Below, one piece after another: positions 39,975 to 52,950 of a stretch of 64,000 nt of DNA. The position numbers were made by a program, and so were the translations under genes. The notes under the pieces are model-generated. The model saw only the letters and a program-made list of their open reading frames with translations, did no database searches and was not told the origin of the DNA. The DNA comes from Squalus acanthias (Eukaryota), in the NCBI GenBank assembly GCA_030390025.1, contig CM059432.1, forward strand, positions 19,284,001-19,348,000. Reading direction: 5' to 3'. Numbering within the stretch: the stretch's first letter is position 1; each line of letters starts with the position of its first letter.

Positions 39975-40200
39975 GACAGAAAGAATTTGTAACTTATATA
40001 GCGCCTTTCACAACTTCAGGATATCCCAAAGCACTTTTCAGCTAATAAAGTACTTTTTGAAGTGTAGTTACTGTTGTAATGCAGGGAAACACAGCAGTCA
40101 AGTTGACCAAATAATCAGTTTTTGTGATATTGGTTGAGAGATGAATATTGGCCAGGACATCGCAAGAACTCCTCTGCTCTTCTTCGAATGGTACCATGGG
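39975..40200 (-). mobile_element. Deu-domain SINE 3' fragment
   Basis: TATATAGCGCCTTTCACAAC...CTCTTCTTCGAATGGTACCATGGG. Confidence 0.8.
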
Positions 40201-40964
40201 GCTGGCACATAGGAGAGGAAAATCTGGCCCAAGCACTCCTCAGAAACTGGAAGCTGAGAGAAACCTGCTTTGAAAGAATGGAGAAAAGAATGTGTTTCCA
40301 TGCTGAGATTTTACAGATCAAGGGCAAAACTGATTAGATACCAGAAACACGCAAATCTCTGCTTCGGTTTCCTTGTGGGAATTGAGATTTAATATAATGC
40401 AAAGTTTTGTCAAAATGAAATGATCAGCCTGTCAGGAAATTTTACATTAAAGCTTTCTTTTCAGCCTCTCCTGATTGCTCCGTGATGGTGTATCACTGAG
40501 CTGTACAGAGCCGGAAGATTCAAAATTTAACGATAGTCTGTGGTGAGTTAGTTGATCTCAGTCAAAGCAGCTCTGCGGTTGGTCATAATATGCACAGAGT
40601 ACAGAGGGAGGAATAAATAAACTGAAGTTCCAACTCCCTGGGCTGGATTTTAAGTTTGCGATGCACTGGGAGTGGGGGGGGGCCCGATAGCGCATGGGAA
40701 ACCCGAAAATAAGTGTAGCACATCTGTCAGTGGCTTTTTAACCCAGCCATTGCATTAACATATGAATTCTGGGTTTCCTGACCAACTAACGTCAGTGGGG
40801 GTGATGACGACCTGCAAGCCGCAATTTCAACTCCACTATTTAAAAGGACACTCCAAACACGCAAGTTGAAGCAGTTGGAGGTGGGAAGGAGAGACAAACA
40901 AGTCCTGCTTCAGCGATGCCTCCCTGGATGTGCTGCTGGGGCTGTGAGGACCCAGAGAGATATA

Positions 40965-41717
40965 GGGCTGGATTTTCAATGATCTGTGGAGTCGGGTTTG
41001 GAGGCGTGTGGGGGGGTTAAAGTTGCAGATTCGGGGGTCCCGACCCCATCCCGACTCCATTCCGCCTCCACGCAATTTTGACAAAATCGGTCGCGGGGTT
41101 CCCAACTCCGTCCCGCCTCCGAAAGGCGGGAGAGGCCATTAAAGCCCTTAACAAGCCCTAAATTGGCTCTGTAATGCCATTTTGAAACGTTTTAGCTAGT
41201 TTAACCCTTTTCCGACGTGAAGTACGCCTGATGTGAAACACGCCAGTGAAACCTGGCGGGAGCACAAGTGGATAGCTGACTATCAGCTGCAGGTCCACCA
41301 TTACAACGGAGATGTGATGAAGGTAGTAGTTGTCTTGTGATGAAGGTAGTAGTAGTATTAGGTCTGAAAGTCGCCTCTGATGCTACTGCATTGAATGTCT
41401 TCAGAGACTGCCTGGGAGGACATAGTTGCAAACTCTCTCTCTCTCTCTCTGAGATGCTGCTCATTTTGCATCCAGGTCCTCTCACAGCAAAGGCCAGGCA
41501 ATCTCTGAGACCAGGCAGTCTCTGACCTGCAATGATGACATCATCAGAGGCGACTTTCAGACTGAAACCACTAATTGGTTCATGGGTTCCCACATGCTGG
41601 AACTCAATTGCCCTATTAAGTGAAAATTGCAATCTCCCACATCCAATTGCAGGCGGGTGGATAACACGAAATGCGGATGACACGACCCCAACCCGCCCCA
41701 GTATCAAAATCCAGCCC
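40965..41717. mobile_element. Harbinger MITE (753 bp) inside a Myb exon
   Basis: Perfect TIR GGGCTGGATTTT; TSD ATA/ATA; removal restores RTQRD-ILFPSD. Confidence 0.93.
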
Positions 41718-42699
41718 ATACTGTTCCCTAGTGACAGGAGGAAGAAGCCAGCTGGGGACACCAAGAAGGTGTGGTTGGAGGTGGCACAAGAGGTCAGCAG
41801 CAGGAGAGCGGTGCCACGCTGCTGGATACAATGCAGGAAGTGGTTCAATGACTTAACCAGGGCAGGAAAGGTGAGAGCAGTGGCACATTCACCTACATCC
41901 TGATGTGCGTATCACCCCAACCCCCTCACTCTGCCTTCTCAAGTCTACTCCAGCACATTTATTACAAGAGGATTTGAGTATAAGAGTAAAGACGTCTTAC
42001 TGCAATTCTATAGGGCCCTGGTGAGACCACACCTGGAGTATTGTGTACAGTTTTGGTCTCCTTACCTAAGGAAGGATATACCTGCCATAGAGGGAGTGCA
42101 ACAAAGGATCACCAGACTGGTTCCTGGGATGGGGTGTAAGACCTCACTCCTGAGACCTACAGGTTACAGATTCGTACTTGAGCTTTACGAGAAATTACAC
42201 GAGGCACATGAGTTCCGTCTTTAAGATTTTATTGTCCTTAAGACAGATTCAAAACCCCTATTCAAGCAGTTCACCAATAATGTTACAAGAGATCATACAT
42301 ACAACCGCCCGCAGATGATCAGTCCAGCGTTGATTGTATGTCCTCATAGGCGAGATGACTGGCCAGGCCACCTCCTACCGACTGCAGCCTAATCCTCGTA
42401 GGCGAGATGACTGGCCAAACCACCTCCTTCCGACTGCAGTGCTAATATATTTTAGTCAAGGTCTTTTATAGAATCATAGACAGTTACAGCATGGAAGGAG
42501 GCCATTTCGGCCCATTGTGTCCGCGCCGGCCAGCAAAGAGCTATCCAGCCTAATCCCACTTCCCAGCTCTTGGTCCGTAGCCCTGCAGGTTAGAGCATCC
42601 CAAGTGCACATCCAAGTACTTTTAAAATGTGGTTAGGGTGCTTGACTCTACCACCCTTTCAGGCAGTGAGTTCCAGACCCCCACAACCCTCTGGGTGAA

Positions 42700-42938
42700 C
42701 ATAAGAACATAAGAACATAAGAAATAGGAGCAGGAGTAGGCCAATCGGCCCCTCGAGCCTGCTCCGCCATTCAATAATATCCTGGCTGATCTGATCCTAA
42801 CCGCCAATCTACTATCTACTATCACAGAACCATCTCCTGCATCTAACAGAATTGCACACACGAAATAGGAGCAGAATCAGGCTACACGGTCCCTGGGCCC
42901 GCTCCACTACCCACAGGGCCATGACCGATCCGAACCTA
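42700..42938 (-). mobile_element. Short CR1 3'-UTR-only retrocopy inserted in another CR1
   Basis: (CATAAGAA)n tail; 7-bp TSD GGGTGAA; empty-site sequence visible near 37830. Confidence 0.9.
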
Positions 42939-45704
42939 GGGTGAAGAAAGTTCCCCTCAAATCCCCTCTAAACCTTCCCCCAATTACTTTAAATCTGTGC
43001 CCCCTGGTTTTTGACGCCTCTGCTAAGGGAAATAGGTCCTTTCTATCCACTTTATCTAGGCCCCTCATAATTTTATGTACCTCAATAAGGTCTCCCCTCA
43101 GCCTCCTCTGTTCCAAGGAAAACAGACCTATCCAGTCTTTCCTCATAGCTAAGATTCTCTACTCCCGGCAACATCCTTGTAAATCTCCTCTGTACTCTCT
43201 CTAATGCAATCACATCTTTCCTGTAATGTGGTGACCAGAACTGCACGCAGTACTCTAGCTGAGGCCTAACTAGTGTTTTATACAGTTGAAGCATAACCAC
43301 CCCTGCTCTTGTATTCTATGCCATGACTAATAAAGGCAAGCATTCCGTATGCCTTCTTAACCACCTTATCTACCTGGCCTGCTACCTTCAGGAATCTGTG
43401 GACATGCACTCCAAGGTCCCTTTGTTCCTCTACATTACTCAGTGTCCTACCATTTAATGTGTATTCCCTTTCCTTGTTAGCCCTCCCCAAATGCATTACC
43501 TCACACTTCTCCGGATTGAATTCCATTTGACACTGTTCTGCCCACCTGACTAATTTATTGATATCTTCCTGCAGTTTACAGCTTCCTTCTTCAATATCAA
43601 CCACACAGCCGATTTTAGTATCATCTGCAAACTTCTTAATCATACCCCTTATATTCAAGTCTAGATCATTGATATATACCACAAAAAGCAAGGGACCTAG
43701 TACTGAGCCCTGCGGAACCCCACTGGAAACAGCCTTCCAATCACAAAAACACCCATCAACCATTGCCCTCTGCTTCCTGTCTCCGAGCCAGTTTTGAATC
43801 CAACTTGACACTTTGCCCTGGATCCCATGGGCTTTTAACTTCGTGACCAGTCTGCCATGTGGAACCTTATCAAAAGCCTTGCTAAAGTCCATATACACTA
43901 CATCAAATGCACTACCCTCATCTACCCTCCTTGTTACCTCCTCAAAAAATTCAATCAAGTTTGTCAGACACGATCTTCCCTTAACAAATCCGTGCTGACT
44001 ATCCTTGATTAATCCATGTCTTTCTAAATGAAGATTTGTCCTGTCCTTCAGAATTCTTTCCAATAATTTTCCCACCACCGATGTTAGGCTGACTGGCCTG
44101 TAATTACTCGGTCTATCTTTTTCTCCCTTTTTAAACAAGGGTACCACATTAGCAGTCCTCCAGTCCTCCGGCACCACACCTAAAGCCAGAGAGGATTGAA
44201 AAATGATGGTCAGGGCCTCTGCTATTTCCTTTTATGCTTCGCTTAACAGCCTGGGATACATTTCATCCGGGCCTGGGGGTTTATCCACTTTTAAAGCTGC
44301 TAAACCCCTTAATACTTCCTCTCTCACTATGTTTATTTCATCTAATATTTCACACTCCTCCCCCCTGATAGCAATGTCTGCTTCGCCCCTCTCCTTTGTG
44401 AAAACAGACGCAAAGTATTCATTAAGAACCCTACCGACGTCTCCCGCCTCCACACACAGATTACCCTCATGATCTCTAATAGGCCCTACCCTTTCTTTAG
44501 TTATCCTCTTACTCTTAATATATTTATAAAACATCTTTGGGTTTTCCTTGATTTTACTTGCCAAGAATTTTTCATGCTCTCTCTTTGCTTTCCTAATATC
44601 CTTTTTAATTGCACCCCTGCACTTCCCTGTACTCCTCTAAAGATTCTGGAGTATTTAGCCCTCGGTAGGTATCTGTCATATGACGTCCTTTTTTTCTTTA
44701 TCCTACCCTGTATTTCTCTAGACATCCAGGGGGCTCTAGATTTGTTAGTCCCACCTTTTTTCTTTAAGGGCACATATTTGGCCTGAACCCTCCGGATCTC
44801 CTCCTTGAATGCCTCCCACTGCTCTGACACTGATTTACCTTCAAGTAGCTGTTTCCAGTCCACTATGGCTAAATCCTCTCGGAGCGTAGCAAAATTTGCT
44901 TTTCCTCAATTTAGAATTTTTATTCCTGGTCTATCCTTGTCCTTTTCCATAACTACCTTGAATCTAACAGAATTATGGTCACTAGCACCAAAATGCTCCC
45001 CCACTGATACGCCTTCTACCTGCCCAGCTTCATTCCCTAAAACTAAGTCCAGAACCGCCCCCTCCCTTGTTGGGGTTGCTACATACTGGCTAAAAAAGTT
45101 CTCCTGGACGCATTTTAGGAATTCCGCATCCTCTATACCCTTCACACTAATTTTATCCCAGTTAATATTGGGGTAGTTGCAATCCCCTACTATTACTGCC
45201 CTATAGTTTTTGCACTTCTCAGAAATTTGTCTACATATTTGTTCTTCTATCTCCATCTCACTGTTTGGGGTTCTGTCGTACACTCCCAGCAGTGTGATCA
45301 CCCCTTTTTTGTTTTTCAATTTGACCCATATGGCCTCGTTTGATGATCCCTCCAACATATCATCCCTCCTCACAGCTGTAATAGTTTCTTTAATCAATAC
45401 CGTGACCCCCTCTCTCTTCTTACCTCCCTCTCTATCCCGTCTGAAAATCCTGTAACCAGGAATGTTGAGCTGTCATACCTGCCCCTCTTTCAGCCATGTC
45501 TCTGTAATAGCTATATCATAGTCCCAAGTATCTACCTGTGGCTTCAGCTCATCTTACTTGTTCGCTATACTCCTTGCATTGAAGTATATACCATTTAGTA
45601 CAGGCAAACCTCCTTGTTGACTACTATCTAGCCCTTGATTTCCAATTCCAGTTTTTCTTCCCTCCCTATTGACTCTATACTTAGGTTCCCATCCCCCTGC
45701 CAAG

Positions 45705-45906
45705 CTAGTTTAAACCCTCCCCAACAGCACTAGCAAACCCTCCCGCGAGGATATTGGTCCCGTTCCTGTTGAGGTGCAACCCGTCTGGCTTGTAGAGGTC
45801 CCACCTCCCCCAGAAACTGTTCCAATTCCTCAGAAATCTAAAGCCCTCCCTCCTACACCATCTCTCCAGCCACACATTCATCTGCTCTATCTTCCTATTT
45901 CTGTAT
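45705..45906 (-). pseudogene. CR1 ORF1 SGNH esterase-like C-terminus
   Basis: NRKIEQMNVWLERWCRREGFRF..FWGRWDLYKPDGLHLNRNGTNILA; DxxH motif. Confidence 0.85.
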
Positions 45907-48108
45907 TTTTATACAGTTCTTCTCCGTAAATTTCCATCATGCAGGCTGTGAAGGGCGTTCCTCCAATGTTCAGCTTAAGCTGTCAGAGCTGTCAATCTCT
46001 CAAACATACACATCTTGTGTCTGCCGACCATTCGGTCACAATACACATTGTGCAAAACTCGTTAACTCGTGTCCTGGTTTGCAGAACTCCCAGAGTCTGT
46101 CTCCTCCCTTCAGCTACAGATGTCTCGTTTGATGACCCCGGGGCCCCATCCGAACTGATTGCATTGTCTGGCTTTATCAGCCATTTAGAATAACGAGGTT
46201 AATGTTTCACAGTTTAGCAATTCAGCAAGTTTTCCAAAAGAAGTTTACCCATCTGAACTGCTTAACGCTTCTCAAAGCATGCTGGTGAATTTGGTCAAGT
46301 TCTTAACCTTCGCTCATTTAAGTTGTTAGCTATCTCCATTAAATCCTCAGAGCAAGACTTAAAGAACGTTCTTATTCTCCTTTTATCACTGAAAGACAGC
46401 TTGTTACACACAGCAGCATTATTTTACTTCGAAAAGTCTTTTGGCCTGGCAAACCATTTTAAGGGTCTGTACATTCTTACAGGGGGATTGTCCGATGAAA
46501 AGAAATTGAGTAGCCTAGGCCTATATTCTCTGGCGTCATCGCAGGCGAAGTTCACATAATTGCCGGCCCTGGCAAAGAAGCAATCAGTCACCAGTCTTAT
46601 GCATTTGTGTTCTGACGACTGCGAGATCCTGCAAATATCTTCAGCAGAGCCCTGGAAGGATCCAGAGGCAAGAAAGCTGAGGGCGACTTTGACAGCCACT
46701 GGTAAGGCCTGGCCACCGGGTCCATTTGGCAGCAGGTCTTGTTCCAGCAGGCTGCAAATGTCTGCCACCACCTGACGCGACACCCTGAGACTCCTCAGTC
46801 GCTGGTGTTCCGACATGTCGAGGAACTTAATCCTCTCCTTGTAGACCCTGTGTGCTGGGTATGGCCTCCTGCGAGCTACATCTCTCTGCTGATCCCCTCT
46901 CCCCTGTGGAGTTGCAGTCTGTGCTGGTGCAGATCCTGCTGCTCCTGCTGCTGCTGGTGCAGGTCCTATTCCTACTGCTGCTGCTGGTGCAGATCCTGCT
47001 GCTCCTGCTGCTGCTGGTGCTTCTGCTGGTCATCCTGTTGCTCATCTGAAGTCCAAAGTAACACAGCGTAAGCGGCACCCATGCTGATCTGATAGATTAG
47101 AGCTCCAAAGTGCAGATCAGACCTCCGAACTTCCAAACCTCCAAAGTGTGTAAAGTTACCTCCCAAGTGTTTAAAGTAATCTCTCAGGTAAAAAAGCAAC
47201 CGTGAGTACTGATTGGCATATTTCCCTGTCGTGGCTTCAGCCCCCTGAATTGGTGCTGTGCTCTCGCCTTGCTTTCACTGGCGAGCTCCAGGAAGCCCGG
47301 TAAACCCGTAGAGCCAAGGTTAAACTGCTAAAATCCATGTTAATGTTGCTGTAATTGAACAATTAGCAGATTGAAATTGACAACCCGCCACTCCCGAGGG
47401 GGTTGCGCGCACGCAGCCTAATGCGCTGGAGTGCAATGCGGAAGTCGGCGGGTCGGAGCCTGCTTCCCAACGCGCTCGCATTTTCCTGGATTTCAGCCCC
47501 CACCCGCACCCAAACCCATGCGCTCACCCACGTTAAAATTCCCCCCTCTATGTCTGGTGACTGCCTTCTGGAAAGTGTGTGTGTGTGCATGTTGCGTGAA
47601 GACAGGATTGGATCGGGTTTGACTCTCTGATGCCCTTCATTATGGACTAGCCTACCGACTTTCGCTGTTCAGCTCCACCTATTAAGAATGGTCACATGAG
47701 AGAAGTGGTGGCTGTGGAATTCAGGAAAGGTGGGGAAAAGCAGAACGCTCCCACTCGCTGACGCAAAAAGCCAGTTGGGACAAATGACTACACGTCCACC
47801 TGTTTTTCTCTCCCATTTTTTATTTATTTTATTTTTCCCACCTTTATGAGAATTGAGATTTTACTCTGTTTTTTGTTCATTCCTCCCTGAAAGATAAATT
47901 GCAAATTAGGGTTAATCCTGATAAACCCAGGAAATGCAAACAACTCTGTACCACAGTTATGGTGGGACACATTCATCTATATTCCTCACTTGGTGCAGGG
48001 AATTCTTCATCTTATCTTAGTACCAATGGGCAGCATTGGCACAGAATTCAAATTCCATTACCTTTATCAGATACAGATGGCCGAACGAAGTTCCAAACGG
48101 ACGGGGTA

Positions 48109-48431
48109 CAGGTTGAGCGCCCCAAATCCGGAGTTCCAGAATCCGGAATATTTAGGAATCTGGACTCCAGGACGATTGGTGGCAGGGGTCCGGAATCCGT
48201 AAAATGTTCCGGAATCCGGACACCCTGAGGGAGGCTTACCGAAAATGCGACCTGGCCCAGGCATTTCCAGACTCGGCACATGTTTCTGATGTCCGAAGTC
48301 CGGAAATATCGCAACCTGGGCTCGGGTGTTTCCGGACTTCGGACATCAGAAACACGTTCCGAAGTCCGGAAAAACCCGAAAACCGGCTCGGCCTCGGTCC
48401 CGAGGTTGCCGGATTCAGGATGCTCAACCTG
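48109..48431. mobile_element. Tc1/mariner (pogo/Tigger-like) MITE, 323 bp
   Basis: TA on both flanks; TIR CAGGTTGAGC..C..AATCCGG; internal TCCGGA repeats. Confidence 0.88.
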
Positions 48432-48974
48432 TACTGAGGTTTGCAGATTAAGATCCAAGTCAGCTCCTCTTCATATTCTCTTGTGCCTTGAGTTATTCCC
48501 TAGCTGGGAGGGCAAAGAGAAGACTTACTCCCGAACCTTTCCAAAACACTGTTCTTGAACCACTGGAATCCATGTGGGAATAGCCCAGACTTGCCCTACG
48601 TTGTGTTTTCCCTCCCTGTTATGAAGTGCCCAATTACTGCTTCATACCTCTTTCTACATTGGCATAACCAAGACTGACATCTTCTAGGTTTGAAAACACA
48701 AACGTGAATCTGCAACATTTCACAAAAGATCACAGGGTGATTACAGAAGAGGAAAATCATTCGCCCCATCTTAGTTCATCGATCCAGAAAGAGCCGAACA
48801 TTCCCTCCCTGGAACAGCCAATTGTTTCTTAAATGATTGCAGGATATTCACTTCCAGCACTCTTACCTGGAAATCCATGTCATGTATTCATTGCTCTTTA
48901 TGCAAAAAGTTTCCTGATATCAGTTACAGTACAGTAGAGAGCAATTACTCTCTACTTCTTTCTTCTGCTTCGGA

Positions 48975-49410
48975 ACATAAGAATATAGGAACAGGAATAG
49001 GCCATTTAGCCCTTTGATCCTGCTCCGCCATACATTCATGGCTGATCTGTGCATCAACTCCATTTACTTGCGTTAGCTCCATATCCCTTGATACCCACAC
49101 CCAACAAAAATGTATCAATCTCAATCTTGAAAACTCCAATTGGCTTAGCATCCACAGCCTTTTGGGGAGAAAAAATCCAGGATTTGCACTACCATTTGTG
49201 TGAAAAAGTGTTCGTAATTTCCCTCGTTCTTGATTCCCCTATGAGAGGAAATAGTTTATCTGTATCTATCCTCTCCAATCCTTTTAACCTTTTAAACATC
49301 TCGATCAGATTACCCCTCAATCTTCTATACTCAAGGGAATACAAGCCAGATTTATGCACCCTATCCTCATAATTTAATCATCTGAGCCTTAGAATCATTC
49401 TGGTGAAAGA
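48975..49410 (-). mobile_element. Decayed CR1 3' end
   Basis: GAACATAAGAATATAGGAACAGGAATAGGCC tail and stem-loop plus RT C-terminal remnant. Confidence 0.85.
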
Positions 49411-51344
49411 ATTTTGGTTGTATTAATTTTTTATGTGTTTGCAGACATCTAGAGCTGGCTATCCTTCCAGACTGTTTTAGAGTCTATGAGTTAAAGATTG
49501 ATCTTCCTGGATATTGCTGCGAGCAAGTTAAGGGACCCAGGAGAAAAATCACTTCACCATCTCACTGGTGCGACCGTGCGTTCACTGTGCTGGTGCTGCA
49601 AGTGCAACTAACAGCGACGCTACCATAAAGTCAGAACTGTCTCACTTTACCCACAGCAACCAAGCATAACTTCGGTTCACGAACAATAACAGCATTTTGC
49701 CCTAATCCTGTTTTCAATGGAGAATCTCGGCGGTGGCCCTTGACAACATAGTGGCTCCGAAGGTAACGTGAAAAGGAACAGGTAATATTGTACTTAAAAT
49801 GACCCCGAGTATAAAAACTCCATGAAAAAAGTTGATGAATTCATGGCTGTATGCATTTTGTGTCATCAAGCATTTGACATACCTCAGAAGAATCTAGTGA
49901 CAGCAGCGGAAATTGGAGAAATTTACCATGGCCGTGATTCATCACTTAAGTTATTTCATTCAAATTGTGGTAATAAATTGCGTCCAAAGTTTCTGCTGAA
50001 TTCTGGAATTGCAAAAAAAAAAGTCTTATGTATGCACAAAAGCAATCAGCATTACCAAGAATGTTTTGGCTGTGAAATTGCAGGAAGTTTTAGTTCATGA
50101 TTTTGAACTAGAACCTTTTTTCTCTCAATTGGAACAGACACCTCGTTTTTCCCTGTAGTCGTTGGTTATTTTTCAAGGACGCAAGGGATTAAATATGGCT
50201 TACTTGATTTTTCCCATGATAACAATAAGACAAGTGATACCATTGCTGCATGCCTTTCGAACATTATAGAAGAGGATGGCCTTGGTATAAACTGCATTTC
50301 ACCCTATGTAGCTGATAACATCTTTGCAAATTTTGGGAAACAGAGGTCAGTTTACCAGAAACTAGAACAACTGAAGAGCAGAGTGATTCATGGTTGGGGT
50401 CCAAGTGCCATGTAATTCATAACTGTGTTAAACATGGCATGGAAGCTTTGAGTTTTGGCATGGAATGCCTTCTTCCTCTAAAAGGACAGAAACTCGCAGT
50501 TCATTTTTCAACTTTGTAGAAATTGAGTATAAGGAACTTCTACGTCATGTGCCTACAATGCTGGCCTGCATTAAAGGCATATTTCATTTCAGAGTGGGGA
50601 AGAAGAAAATTCAAAGGTGGGAAGCATTCAGTGAGGATGATCAGAAGTCTCTTCCTCTTTGTTACATTTACTTCATGCATAACCTGATGGAAGTATTTTA
50701 TGAAGCACTCAATAAACGAGAATGCGGCAATGCCACCTGCACAGTGCTAGACTGTATCATGGAAGGTTATCATTCTAAACTACAGAGTAGGAAAGAGGAC
50801 AATTAGCTCAGGATATTTTGCCCAATGTCTCTCTATCAAAGAGGAGGACATTTGAGGAGGAAGCAGATAAGGGATTGTCAAGATGCACCGCTTACCTTGA
50901 GAAATGGTATAATTTGAAGACATCTGTTCAAACAAATGTCAGTCCTCTCAATAGAAAATGAAATGAATGGTCTAATGATGAGATACTGTAGGTCTTTGCA
51001 TTGAGATTGATTTTGACATGCTACATAACAACTACTGCATTTTACAGCAAATAAGAGAAATCATTTCAAAGGAGCAAAAAATCACTCAAAGATCGGTGGA
51101 AGTTTTCAAACCAACAACACACAGTGAAAACAGCCACATTTCAAACATGCCCCTTTCACACTTTCAATCCCAGTCTCAAACGCAGACCACAAAAGGGTTT
51201 TTAGCGTAATGACTCAATGTCAAAGCAAGGAAAGGAACCGGTTAAGTGAATGTCCAGTGGAACAGTGTTACAGGTGCAGCTGAACTACATCATGACTTGC
51301 GCTGATTTTTATGAATATGTCAAAAAGTCTCCAGAGTTGCTGAA

Positions 51345-51774
51345 AGAAAAGAAAGACTTGCATTTATATAGCGCCTTTCACGGCCACCAGACGTCTCAAA
51401 GCGCTTTACAGCCAATGAAGCACTTTTCTGAAGTGCAGTCACTGTTGTAATGTGGGAAACGTGGCAGCCAATTTGCGCACAGCAAGCTCCCACAAACAGC
51501 AATGTGATAATGACCAGATAATCTGTTTTTGTTATGTGGATTGAGGGATAAATATTGGCCAGGACACCGGGGATATCTCCCCTGCTCTTCTTCGAAATAG
51601 TGCCACGGGATCTTATACGTCCACCTGAGAGAGCAGACGGGGCCTCGGTTTAACGTCTCATCCGAAAGACGGCACCTCCGACAGTGCAGCACTCCATCAG
51701 CACTGCACTGGAGTGTCAGCCTAGATTTATGTGCACAAGTCCCTGGAGTGAGGACTTGAACCCACAACCTTCTG
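51345..51774 (-). mobile_element. Deu-domain SINE inserted in the hAT transposase C-terminus
   Basis: SINE body lacking the A box; CTGAA at both junctions; removal rejoins PELLK-AARSQFKY. Confidence 0.9.
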
Positions 51775-51976
51775 AAGCAGCAAGAAGCCAATTTAAGTAC
51801 CAGTTTAATTAAAAAGAAACCACAAACAAAGACACTCCCTTACAGCGGACCCAATCCTTATAAGGTAAGTGCAATAACATTTGTAAATTGCAGCGATCAG
51901 GTGTCACATGATCAAGTGTCACATGGTTGAGTGTCACATGATCAAACCTCCAGGAATACACCCAATCAGAGTTGGC

Positions 51977-52442
51977 TGTTGGATTTTATATAGACTCATG
52001 CCGAGTACTCTACCTCCTGCTCCTTATCCTTTGTTTAATGAACAGATTTGAAAGCTACTATCGCACAAAGTCAAAATTACCCCTTGGTCTCCAAAATAGC
52101 CACAATTCTTCAAATAAATGCTTTGATGCATCTTAAGTTGCCTTAAACTGACAACACATCCAGCTTGCTTAACTTTGGCCTGCTGAATCCTAACCACCTA
52201 ATATAAACCATGAATACAGAGTACATTCTGATGATACAAAGATAGTAATACTGACTTCTGAATTGTTAGGCTGTTGTTCATTATTTCTCACCAGATGTTC
52301 TAAGATTTCTGCTGAATCATGCCCAATATAAGTCGGCGGATTCTACACTTTCTCCTTTACTGTAGCCCTCTATGCTAACTATACCATGATAACCTTTAAC
52401 TATACCAAGCTGTTAACTTATTATATTATACACTATCCTACA
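51977..52442. mobile_element. Probable solo LTR (466 bp)
   Basis: TGTTGGAT...ATCCTACA termini (TG..CA, inverted) with 5-bp TSD TTGGC. Confidence 0.75.
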
Positions 52443-52950
52443 TTGGCAACCCTAGTCCCACCTCAAATGCAGCCTGCAGTGTTAGTAGATCCTTTGATGT
52501 CAAATTTTTTGTCACATAACACTCCTGTGCAGCGCCTTGGGACGTTTTACTACGTTAAAGGCGCTATATAAATACAAGTTGTTGTTTTTGTTGTTTCACT
52601 CACCCCCACCTCACCATGTCATAAAACCTACTAACTCCTACCTGAAAGAAGAGTGAATTGGAGAGAAGTAGAAGAGAAAAGAAAGAGGGAGACAGAACCA
52701 GAAGAGGACAGACAGAGAGCAACAGCAACATGAAAACATCAGAAACAGGTTAGAGAGTTGACCACGTTTTTCAACTTACTGTACAATGCCAGTAAATGAT
52801 AAATACTTACACTGTCTTAACAAACTATAATACATTATTGGCTGCAACTTTAGCATTTTCTTTGACTCCTCCGAGGAACTGTTCAGCTGTCTCTTTGGTG
52901 ACACAAAGAGTGCTCCATGTTGCTGTCGCCAGCTGGTACCGAGAAAGGAA

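Larger units (their letters stand above)
42471..45906 (-). mobile_element. Long CR1 LINE: ORF1 3' end, APE endonuclease, RT and 3' UTR; frameshifted
   Basis: VGDCNYP..SDHN endonuclease motifs, RT ORF 43278-44177, TSD TTTTATA at 42464-42470 and 45907-45913. Confidence 0.95.
42135..46481 (-). mobile_element. Solo LTR (about 900 bp after removing the nested CR1)
   Basis: Termini TGTAAGA / TCTTACA, GGGG on both flanks, minus-strand TATAAAA and AATAAA, internal repeat of about 52 bp in 2 copies. Confidence 0.8.
41957..46532 (+). mobile_element. CR1 RT fragment split by a solo LTR (41957-42134 and 46482-46532)
   Basis: ..RPHLEYCVQFWSP..TRLVPGMG | GLSDEKKLSSLGLYSL. Confidence 0.88.
40640..47546. 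mobile_element. Harbinger transposon with central deletion and multiple nested insertions (Myb exon 1 on +, about 40880-41870; transposase N-half on -, about 47082-46533)
   Basis: TIRs GGGCTGGATTTTAA / TTAAAATTCCCCCC; ILFPSDRRKK..VWLEVAQEVS..WIQCRKWFNDL; LPVAVKVALSFLASGSFQ. Confidence 0.88.
49450..52454 (+). mobile_element. Decayed autonomous-type hAT transposon (transposase remnant about 49800-51805)
   Basis: AVCILCHQAF, YVADNIFANFG, KCHVIHNCVK (CxxH), ELLRHVPT, SNADHKRVFSVM..KERNRL dimerisation region; ends TAGAGCTGGC / TTGGCAACCCTA; no intact TSD. Confidence 0.82.

Noticed and set aside
46852..47071. Poly-Leu and poly-Cys ORFs
   Set aside because: Antisense frames of the CAG-rich transposase leader
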